DNA from: Bigelowiella natans CCMP2755
Taxonomy: Eukaryota > Protista > Cercozoa
DNA length: 40,182 bases
Assembly (NCBI GenBank): GCA_000320545.1
Contig: ADNK01000497.1
Coordinates: 1 to 40,182 of the forward strand
Direction of reading: 5' to 3'
The notes beneath the pieces were generated by a model that was not told where the DNA came from, did not search any database, and saw only the letters and a list, made by a program, of their open reading frames with translations. How positions within the stretch are numbered: position 1 is the stretch's first letter; the number at the start of each line of letters is the position of its first letter. Below, in pieces: positions 13,467-22,987 of this stretch. A program made the translations under genes and the position numbers.

Positions 13467-14155
13467 CCCACAGCGAACGAATAGGTTTGAATAACATAGC
13501 ACATGCCGCTATCAGGTTTGAGGGTAGGAGGAAAGCGGGCCATTCGGGCGCGTTACCCAAACGCAAAGAGCGTGGAGCAGCTGGAATCCATGCAGATCCT
13601 AGCTGATAGTTGGACTCCTCAACCGATGGGGAAAAACCCCGACTACACCTTCAACCCCCCCCAACCTCTCAGGAACGATACAGTCCAGGATTTCTTCCAG
13701 ACCTACAAGCTTGGCGTTGGTGGGCCATGCGCACAAAGATTCACGCCCAAGGCCGCCTACTGGTGCGCGAACAACACTCAAGGCGGTGGCCCAGGCCCCT
13801 ACTCGGCACCCGTGGGTATGACGGTGTCAGGATCAGATGAGGGGCTGGCGCATCTTTCTAGCTACAAGCACTACGAGAACGGTCATTCGAGTAGTGCCAT
13901 TGTACACTCGTGGCGGTTTGGACGGTGGTTCAGCTGGGCATTTGAAGTTGCGAAGTTCCACCACGACAAGGTAATCACTCAGCGTCTCCCTCGTCACGGC
14001 TGCTGCCCGTGTTCTATTTTCCAGATGTAGAGCAGCAGGATGTTCATATTGCCCTTGTTTCTATACTCAGGCTGCTAACACTGCAACCTTTGAGTTTTCC
14101 CTGGAGAATGGCGGGAATCAAGGATCTCGCGGTGGCGACAAGGGCCAGGTGTGAC

Positions 14156-14195
<40 letters not shown>

Positions 14196-14496
14196 CAGAA
14201 AGTGATACTCTAGTGAATTTGTACGCATCATCGTCGTAGTCATCATGGTCATCGCAATTATGTAAACACTGTCAAACACTGTCAAAGCCATGCTTGTTCT
14301 CTCTAATGAATATAAATCAGAGTTAATAACGTGGATCCCGCATATGATATTATATATATACCGCTAAATATGTATACATACACCATTAGGAGTGGATGAT
14401 CGAGAACCTTCTTGATGAGCTGGATTCTCCTGGAGAATTCTACTTCGACCCCACGACAAGCCTGCTTTACCTATGGCGCAACGACACTGCTGCGTC

Positions 14497-14529
<33 letters not shown>

Positions 14530-16246
14530 TGCTGTAGTAGCGACGCAGACTCCGATCCTAATCAATGCCACAGGCACCTCGAAATCCAAACCCGTGAGGA
14601 ACGTATCGATGCTAGGAATAACCTTCCGCGACACTGCGCCTCACTTCATGATGCCTCATGGCACACCCTCCGGTGGTGATTGGGCGGTCTCGCGTATGGC
14701 TGCGCTATTCTTCGAGAACACGGAGAACGTTGTGTTGGAGGGCAATTTACTGACCAGCATTGACGGCAACGGCGTTTTCTTTTCCGGCTACACACGTGGA
14801 GCGGTGGGCCCTCCTTCTCCTCCCCCCCCTCCTCCTATTCCTACTACTACTACCAATGGTGATGATGATGATGATGATGATGATGCAATAGATATTATTA
14901 CTACATGCATATGAGCAACATGCTGCTGCACACACGCAGGTGGTCAGCAAGAATGAGATGGTTTCTATCGGGGAGACAGCGATTCTGCAATGGGGTTTCA
15001 CCAGCGGCTCGCCAGTACCAGGTAAATAATAGTGAGAGGGGGGGGGGATGATGGGGAGTGGCTCTATGTGCTGCCGTCTCTATTTCGTCGTCCTCTTCTC
15101 ATGATACTCCTTTTCCTCACTCTTCTTTGTTCCCTAATTATTTCCTCGCCATACTAGACTAAACCATGGTGACGATCATGAGCATACGCATAATGCGCAC
15201 AAGAAGAAAACGCCACACACAAATATCGATGATAATATGACAGGTATGGGCTACGATGCAAGGAACGGGTTGCAGCCCCGCGGTACACGCGTTGTGCAGA
15301 ATCTTGTACATGAGGTTGGGCTGTGGACAAAGCAAAACTCGTTTTACTTCCAAGCCCAGTCATTTGGCAACGTCATCGAGGGAAATATCGCCTTTAATGG
15401 TCCCCGTGCAGGGATTAACTTCAATGACGGGCTGGGCGGCGGCAACGCGGTCACTAAAAACGTCATCTTCAACTTCTGTCGGGAGTCTTCGGACCATGGT
15501 GTGCCTCGTGCAAACCTCCCTGAATGCGTGCTTTGTCTAACTTGCTGTCGTCATGCTATTGTTGTTGTTCTTGTGGTCGTTGGTGGTGGTGGTGGTGGTG
15601 GAATTGCTTAGTATTCGTGTGACAATTCATCTTCCCCTTCTTCTTTTTCCTATCTCTCTCTCGCTCTGTCCTCCCTCCCCTCTCAGGACCATTCAACTCA
15701 TGGGACAGGCAGGTGTACGTCTACGACGGCGATGAAGATGGCGAGGATGGTGCTGATGGTGCTGGCACTGTGATGAAGAGGAACGATACAATCTCTTTCA
15801 ACTGGATCCTCGCCAACTACCACAGCTCAATGGCAATCGACAACGATGATGGTGATCAGACATACACGAACAATGCGAACAGCACACACAGACTGAATGT
15901 AGTTTATCATAGCCCAGAGACCATTGCGTACGTGCTGCGGTGCGACGATGATATGTGTTGTCATTATTATCCAATCTTCACCACCAGGATCATGCTACTA
16001 TGATACGCACGACAACGTCCTCATCAATGCGGCCTTCGGAACTGCCTTCGGCGGGTACTCTCTCAAATCCGACTTCGGAGGGCATTCTAACTACCATCAC
16101 GACAATCTCGATCTCTTCTACTCCAGTGGCTACCAAAATAGCGGACAGATCGATGGACATGCTATAGGGTGAGAACGAGGAGGAGGAGGAGAAGGAGGAG
16201 GAGGAGGAATCTTACCTCGATCTTCCTGTGTTCTTGCTATGTGCTC

Positions 16247-16289
<43 letters not shown>

Positions 16290-16682
16290 GTGTGCTACTG
16301 ATACACCTCAGCCGCCTACTGCTACTTCTTGCTCTCTCTAATATTCTCCATGTGTTTACTACTACTATATCACCTTCCCCACGATATTATTCATCCTTCT
16401 AGTTACTACGACAACTACCTCTACATGGCATCGGATGGGAACTACGGCAACAAGCAGGCGTGCAAGGGGCAGGTAGGCGAAACTATCGTTGGAGGCAACA
16501 CTGTCTGGTCTCCTACCGGCAATGTCACGGAGTGCGGCATGCCGCTCAGCGCATATCAGAAAGAAGGCGGCGACATCGGCACGATTAGTGCCCCCTATCC
16601 ATCGGATGAGACCGTCCTGAAACTGGCTCGAAAGGTTCTCAGGATGGATCAGAAGGATGATGAGAAAATGATGCTGCGATGA
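12318..16682 (+). CDS. Secreted right-handed parallel beta-helix protein, GH141-like (putative glycoside hydrolase), multi-exon
   Basis: Signal peptide MRFLLLATLPTLLWA. Family-type motifs: IYADPIDGSDDSGDGSEKDPFLTIQRAL, IVLRKGTFHL, TLQAYPGEQVEVSG, LRVGGKRAIRARYPN, IENLLDELDSPGEFYFD, NGPRAGINFND and DHGPFNSWDRQ. All traced introns are GT-AG and keep the frame. TGA at 16680-16682. Confidence 0.8.
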
Positions 16683-16979
16683 GATGGGGAAGACATCAAT
16701 CTCTCTTCGCATCTGGGATAATATTTTTGGGAACACAAGATACGAAAGAATTTTGCCTCAATGTTTCATTGATAGTTTGCTGGAAACCCTGATGACAATA
16801 CTTTTGGTTGCGCCATCGCATGACCTGGTGATATGGTTACAGGCTTAACATACGTCCAGAATTATGATGTATTTTTTAATGTGAACCCCTTTAATTACCA
16901 GCGACCAAGTGACACCACCAAATCATCAGCGATCATATTACCATGTTTGCTTACGTAGGCATACGTTAACTTAAGACAT

Positions 16980-17830
16980 AGTGTGTGTGTTCGTGATGTA
17001 GCCATTGGCGATCTGTGGAATAACAATTTTGCGTCATTTGCTCTGTCATGTATGCACGTGCACGCGCAACCACAACAAAATTATGCTGAACGCAACTGTA
17101 AGCAGCAGCGACGGAAAATTTGCATAGAACACGTCACAAAATCTAGAAAATGCACATGCACGCGATGCCATGTTGTATTGTTGATAAAGGGGAATGTGCA
17201 CATATGAGACGGAGCTAATGAATTGATCAAATCTTTCCAGACGGTGCACATATGTAGAGAGAGAGAGCTACATCAGAATGACCATTGGAAAGATTTAATC
17301 AATTCATTACATCCGTCTCACGTGTAACAATGTGTAGAGACGACACAAAGACACCTGAGACGGAGACGACGGATGCGTACGATACTGAAGATCTGCAGCG
17401 ACGTACGTCGCACGTAGCGCCAGCGGGAGCACAGCTAGATAGAGACATATAGCTAGACAGCGCGCATGCTAGCATGCATGCACACGCATCGATCAATTTT
17501 GGGAAAGGTGATGGAGTCAATTAGCGCAAGCACGAATCCTCTGGTGAAGGCACACTAGGCAGTAACTGAAAGATCCTCGCCGATGATGTTGACACAACCT
17601 CGCTCCCGCTTTATAAAACTGCACGCTGTTATGATTTGGACATTCAGTGTCTCTGCATGTGATGAACGCTATCATCAGTGCAAAAGCATCTAGACACACA
17701 TTGTTCACACTGCGCGCTAGCTACAGTTGCATCATTTGCCAGATGCTATATATCGCTCATGCATTGCACATGTAAAATGTACATACTCTTGCTAGTTCAT
17801 AGAATTTGTTTACCTCATTGCTAGTCTTAA
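16980..17830. other. Tract 2 of the same type (between the convergent GH141-like and MAP2K genes)
   Basis: Same word usage as tract 1. Perfect palindromes GCGACGTACGTCGC (17398-17411) and GCATGCTAGCATGC (17464-17477). Contains hairpin copy 1. Confidence 0.75.
17205..17320. repeat. Long inverted repeat/hairpin, copy 1
   Basis: Arm 17205-17239 TGAGACGGAGCTAATGAATTGATCAAATCTTTCCA pairs with arm 17286-17320 TGGAAAGATTTAATCAATTCATTACATCCGTCTCA at 32 of 35 positions. An inner ATGTAG/CTACAT stem encloses an (AG)n loop. Confidence 0.93.
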
Positions 17831-18141
17831 AGTTTTAAGATATGTTGCTTCACAAACAATTTCATGTTTTATCTGCTTACAAATGTTGCCTCTTTACATT
17901 ACCCACACTCGTCTGGCTACATCTATTGAACCAGGGGCGGGTTGCTACTACTATCCTTGTCCGTATTAAAATTATAATCATAAATCATTAGGTTATTTGA
18001 TTTTCGAATTGAAGTGAATGAGATTGTAGAATTAAAGTGGCTCGTATGGTAATAACGCGCTTCAAGAAGCGCAGAGTAAAGTATGGTGATATCGGGGGCC
18101 ACACCCTACTACATGTAGCCTCACAACAATATCTCCTCCAA

Positions 18142-19941
18142 CTACTTGCTCCCAATACCAAAGCATCTCAAAATTCTACAGATGAAGGACGCATTCGTTC
18201 CCTCCTCTTCAGTTTCAATTGTTTTCTGTTCATCGCTGCAATGGATACTATTCCTGCTGCAGCTACAGCTGCTATTCTCGCTGCTTGTTCTACTCGGAAT
18301 GTCATCACATGGGAACGCAAAACTGTCGTCTTCGCTGTCACTTTTCGTCTGATTGTTCCAGATTTCGACGAATCGCTTTTCCCAGACAAACCCCATCTGG
18401 TCGACAATGAGTCGTCGTAGATGCTCTTCACTTACGTCCTCAACTCTTTTGATACTTGACAAGTCAAGGTCCTTTGTTAATTTCACCTTCCTTAGGGCGG
18501 CCGTAAGTGTGTCACTTAAGGCCTGCATGAAAGCTTCCATGCTTTCAGTCGCTGATTTTCTTCGAATTTTCTGATCATTCTCCTTTATTGAATCTGAATC
18601 TGAATATTTCTTGAACGAATGACCGTTTTTATTTGCTATACCAGTATGGAGTCTTGTCAAAGCTGTTTCAATGACAGTGGAATCTCTGTTCTTAGCGGCC
18701 ATCGTTGAAATACTCTGATGTTGCGCTTTACTCAGAAAAGGGTGTTCCAGCAGCTCTGCAGCTGTTGCTCTCTCGCTCGGATTCTTCCTTAGGCATTTAC
18801 CCAGGAAATCTTTGAAATCATTGCTCATATTTTCTGGGATAGATGGACCGTCATGTTCGGTGATCTGGTCAAGCATTTCCCAATAATCCTTTGCTTCATA
18901 CGGCGGCTTGCCTGTAGCAAGGCTTAGAATAGTCAGCCCAAAAGACCAGATATCCGAGGCTGAGCTCATTTGCTTCCACAGATGCTGCTCGGGAGACATA
19001 TATAAAATTGTACCACTTTCAGACTTTATGCTTTTGCCTGGACCGGGAACAGCTCTCGCAATTCCGAAATCTGTGATTTTAATCGTGTCGTTGTTCATCA
19101 GAATATTAGCTGGTTTGATATCTCCATGAACGACTAATCTCTTGTGCATGTACGCAATTCCTCGAAGCGAATACTTAGCTACAGAGGCTAGTTGGGTCTC
19201 ATCCATTGCTCCGTGGCGCTTGGAAAACTGTTCCAAGGAACCGCCATTCATTAACTCCAGGATAGCACTCATCATTCCTCCAGCAATGTGAGCCCCATGC
19301 AACCGGATGACATTTTTGTGCTTGAGTACGGATAGGATTCTTAACTCATTTGTGAATTGATGACGAGGGGATGTCAACTCTAAATCTGCTGTCTTGATGG
19401 CCACAAGCTGAAACGTAGGCAGATGAATACCTGCCCAAACTGCACGGTTCTGGCCCTTTCCGAGATCCCACAATCGGACAATATCACGTCCTGAGACCAT
19501 CTGGCCAGTTCCATGGTCGAGGAAAGAAGGGCTTATTTCGACTCCGCCGCCTTTGAAAGTTCCATTTTTTAACGTCCATGAAGAGTTTCTAACAACGTCG
19601 ATCATTCTGATACTCGGACGCATCCCATTTGCTCGGTCAGTGACACTCCTGCTTATCCTTTTTCGAGAAATATTTTTTTCCCCAGGCTTGCTCAACTTAT
19701 GATTACTATTTTTCATCGTTTGTAAGTCACTACAATCTCCTGTTGAGGAGAGGTTCAACTCCTTTCTAGGGACAGCAGTTCCTGAAGTTAGCGAATCACT
19801 GCTCATGTCTTCGATGAAGTGTAGCTTTAGAGTGGGCATGCTTCGCCTGCCGGGCCTTTTGTGCATTGTGCTCTCTGGTTTGTGATCGATCTGCGGCGCT
19901 TGGTGATGAGGCGCGTGCCTGGTGTGTTTGCTTGTGTTCAT
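18142..19941 (-). CDS. STE7/MAP2K-like Ser/Thr protein kinase, single 599-codon ORF, non-RD (HGD)
   Basis: Kinase motifs LGKGQNRAV, VAIK, ELMNGGSL, HGDIKPANIL, DFG, GTILYMSPE and SDIWSFGLTILSLATGKPPY. An N-terminal MAPK docking-like motif KRPGRRSMPTLKL is present. An in-frame TAG lies 7 codons upstream of the ATG. Confidence 0.88.
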   Translation of the reverse strand: MNTSKHTRHAPHHQAPQIDHKPESTMHKRPGRRSMPTLKLHFIEDMSSDSLTSGTAVPRKELNLSSTGDCSDLQTMKNSNHKLSKPGEKNISRKRISRSVTDRANGMRPSIRMIDVVRNSSWTLKNGTFKGGGVEISPSFLDHGTGQMVSGRDIVRLWDLGKGQNRAVWAGIHLPTFQLVAIKTADLELTSPRHQFTNELRILSVLKHKNVIRLHGAHIAGGMMSAILELMNGGSLEQFSKRHGAMDETQLASVAKYSLRGIAYMHKRLVVHGDIKPANILMNNDTIKITDFGIARAVPGPGKSIKSESGTILYMSPEQHLWKQMSSASDIWSFGLTILSLATGKPPYEAKDYWEMLDQITEHDGPSIPENMSNDFKDFLGKCLRKNPSERATAAELLEHPFLSKAQHQSISTMAAKNRDSTVIETALTRLHTGIANKNGHSFKKYSDSDSIKENDQKIRRKSATESMEAFMQALSDTLTAALRKVKLTKDLDLSSIKRVEDVSEEHLRRLIVDQMGFVWEKRFVEIWNNQTKSDSEDDSFAFPCDDIPSRTSSENSSCSCSRNSIHCSDEQKTIETEEEGTNASFICRILRCFGIGSK

Positions 19942-20870
19942 CTCGGAGTGGGTTATGCACTAAAGGAGTGATTGTGGTCGGCTGACGCCTTTCGTTCTCC
20001 GAGGAAGCTCGTTTTCCTATGGACACTATCATCTTAGCCGGTTGCAGACAGATCCATCCGAATCACAAAAAAGGACGCAATATATAGCAAATTACAATTG
20101 TGCTATTGTCGTACCAGTATAACGCGAATGAATGAAGCAACAGATATCTGTAACTAGGATGCGAACAGCGAATATGTGTTTGAAAAAATAGCATGCATTT
20201 TTTTTCCGAAATTCCTTTGGTTTCCTACATGCGGGAGTCGACCACCAGAAGGTTCTTTCTCAAATGTTCGTACAGGCATGTCGTCAGTCCGTCAATCGAT
20301 GAGAATTTCTTTCGAATTCGAACTTGCGCCATCAAGAATTCCATGTCTTTCAATGCACTTTCTTGTAAGGACGTGCTTTTAGGAAATGTGGATACCACAA
20401 TATTAAGGCTATCTGCAATTTTCATGCGCCAATGTTTCTTCCCATTAGTTTATCTAATTTCAACTGTTCTGCTAGTCGTTCACGAAAGTACCCAAGAACC
20501 AAAGAAGGATTTTTGCCCCAAAAATGCACATTGAAGAGGAGATAGTCTGAATGTTCGTCTTTTGATGATGACACATTTCTCATATTTATGGTGTGTCAAA
20601 GCGTTTTTATTGTCTTTGCAAGAGATTTCTCTTCGGAACTGAAGGAAGCATGTCAAGCCATAGCTTGTACGGGGTGAATTTCCTGGAAAATTCTACCCAA
20701 CCTACCATGCACGGTAAAACTACCTAGTATGACCTAACATACGGTACCGTCAGAAATACAGGGGGTACTATTAATAGCAGGCGGGCACAAAATTCGAAGT
20801 TCGAAGTTCGAAGTTCTATACCATAATTCTCGTATCATTCACTCGTAGGAGAATGGTGACCTCCTAGGCG
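19942..20870. promoter_or_regulatory. Putative bidirectional promoter region (MAP2K / thioredoxin)
   Basis: Gap between divergent start codons. Contains (TTCGAAG)x3 at about 20793-20816. Confidence 0.5.
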
Positions 20871-22007
20871 ATGACGTACCAATGGTGGTCCAAGCTGGGG
20901 TTGCTGCTTCTGGTGATAGGTGTTGTCGAACCACATCAACGTTATGAGTTCTCTGGAGAGTCTTCACAGGTTGAAGGAGAAGCTAACATCGACGCCACGG
21001 AACAGCCAACGCATGTACAGAACGTGTTCGGGGAAGTTTGCACTTTTGAGCGCGTATTCACCAACGAATCCATCACTAGCTACAGCACAGAAGTAATGGA
21101 TGTCACTGAATCGGACCCGCCACAGATAATCAAAGAATACATGGATAAATACGTGGTAAGTATGACGCTGGAGATACATTTTCATCTCTAACACACTCTT
21201 TCGTCGATCGCTCCAGGTTGTGTTCATCTACGCTGCGTGGTGCCCGTTTAGCGCCAAAGCTCTCCCCATTTTCAAAGAGCTCGCAAATTCGTTCCCGAGG
21301 AATGATATAGAATTTATCAAAGGTCTGCGATCATAACCTTATCGTTATTGAGCTCAAGCGAAGCATATTATATTTGTATGTAGTTGATGGAGAAGTGAAT
21401 AAGAAGTTCTTGGCGCAGCATCTGATAAGGTCTCTCGACTCCTTCATCTATTTCTATCTGTTCCTTTGATATATTATATATTCAGCTTGCACAAAGTGCG
21501 AGCTTCTTTCGAATGCTTCATTCGTTAACAGTAGCCTGATATAAGCGAAATCATTGGTATTTTTAGGGGTTACCCATCTATATCCGTGTATGAGAAGGGG
21601 AAAGTTACCAGTGTCTTCGAGGATGGAAAGAAGACGCTTGAAAATTTGATAAAATATGTTGAAAACTCCACAGGTCGCTTACGTTGTTAAATAGTATCTT
21701 GAACCCCAGACATAAATTTTCCAATAAATAGCACATAAAAAAAACGATTGGGAACTTTCTAATGCTGTTAGGAGTGAAACCCCGAAAAGTTATCTTTAGG
21801 CAATATGAAGCTGTGGTCCCTCCTAAGGTGGGCTGCTAACATCTAGATATGTTGATTGCAATCCACAGACATTACGAAAATTGTACTTAAATTAACTTGC
21901 CTTGAGTAATATATTTTCTGTTCTTTCAGGATTCGTACAATCTTCTATTAGCATTTACAACGGCGTATGTAGTTGGAACAGCATGTATGTGGTGTGGAAC
22001 AGCATAG
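20871..22007 (+). CDS. Secretory-pathway thioredoxin-domain protein with WCPFS (CxxS) site, TXNDC15/APR-like type, 6 exons, C-terminal hydrophobic anchor
   Basis: Signal peptide MTYQWWSKLGLLLLVIGVV. Spliced product continues ...VVFIYAAWCPFSAKALPIFKELANSFPRNDIEFIK|VDGEVNKKFLAQHLIR|GYPSISVYEKGK...|GVKPRK...|DSYNLLLAFTTAYVVGTACMWCGTA*. Five GT-AG introns are phase-consistent. TAG at 22005-22007. Confidence 0.82.
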
Positions 22008-22089
22008 CATTATTTCGAAGCAGTTACTAATTACTATGCCGAAAGCGAAGGCGTGTTGGTGTGGACATCAACAGATAAATTCAATCCTT

Positions 22090-22920
22090 AGTCTCATGCA
22101 GCATCTTGTGTACTGCAGACACATGCGTAGCATCTATTATGAAATTAAATAATCAGTACTCACGATCGTTGCGAAAATAAAAGTTAAAATGCATATACAG
22201 CTGCACACACACACACACACACACATATGCACAAACACACATTCTGACGATAGCCCCTACACATCTACACTACACCATCCAAAGGTGTCGCATGCTGTTG
22301 CATACACATAGCAATCGTATCCTACGTGCTTGGCTGTAGCTGCCGCGCTTTATTCGTAATAACACTATATGTGCCATCACAAATCGTATCATGCTTGCGC
22401 AATGCATACTTGTGTCGTTCATTTTGTAGAGCATTGTTCATGTAAGATTGGTCTAATCTATGTGAGACGGATATAATGAAACAATTGCATTTTTCAATGG
22501 TTATCCTAATTTATCTGCACAAAGCGGTTTATGTATGTGTTGAATGTACGCAAATGTATCATTGCATGAACACATTAGGATGACAATGGAAATATTTAAT
22601 CAACTCATAACATTCGTCTCACATTGATGTAGCTACATATTTGTTCCTGCATTTGCTGCACGCTACGCAGACGTACCTATGCGCTAGTGCGCTGAGGGAG
22701 TTTTTACACACTAAAGACCAAGTTTGTGGCTGCTCGCCCAAAATGTGTCTGAACTACCCTTCTCTTGCATCGGAGCGCGCTTGTAATTGATAGCTATGTA
22801 ATACTTCGTTCTCGCTAACATTTTTGCTCGCTGTTCGCAAGTCTAAAAATGGACACCAGCTAGAGATGAGTTCGCGACGCATTTATATTTCACTGATGCA
22901 GTAAGCACGAATGCTCATCA
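22090..22920. other. Tract 3 of the same type (between the convergent thioredoxin and WDR11 genes)
   Basis: Rich in TGCA, CATG and AGCT, with a (CA)n run and the palindrome ATGTAGCTACAT (22627-22638). Contains hairpin copy 2. Confidence 0.65.
22460..22624. repeat. Long inverted repeat/hairpin, copy 2 (same family as 17205-17320)
   Basis: Arm 22461-22510 pairs with arm 22574-22623 at about 37 of 50 Watson-Crick positions. The right arm is 32/36 identical to the right arm of copy 1. Confidence 0.88.
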
Positions 22921-22987
22921 AAGCATCATTTATAATATGACATTCAAATGCTTTTATTCGTGATAAATCATAAGTTAATGGGTTGCG

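Noticed and set aside
17205-17320. Stowaway MITE, suggested by TCCGTCTCA/TGAGACGGA
   Set aside because: The motif faces the opposite way to Stowaway termini, and the CTCCCTCC end is absent. Another MITE class remains possible.
20793-20816. (TTCGAAG)x3 as a heat-shock element upstream of the thioredoxin gene
   Set aside because: The spacing is GAA-n-TTC and TTC-GAA, not the nGAAnnTTCn pentamer spacing. Treated as a 7-bp tandem repeat.
22460-22624. Hairpin as a SECIS element for the thioredoxin
   Set aside because: There is no in-frame TGA in the thioredoxin model (active site TGC, stop TAG) and no clear SECIS core geometry.
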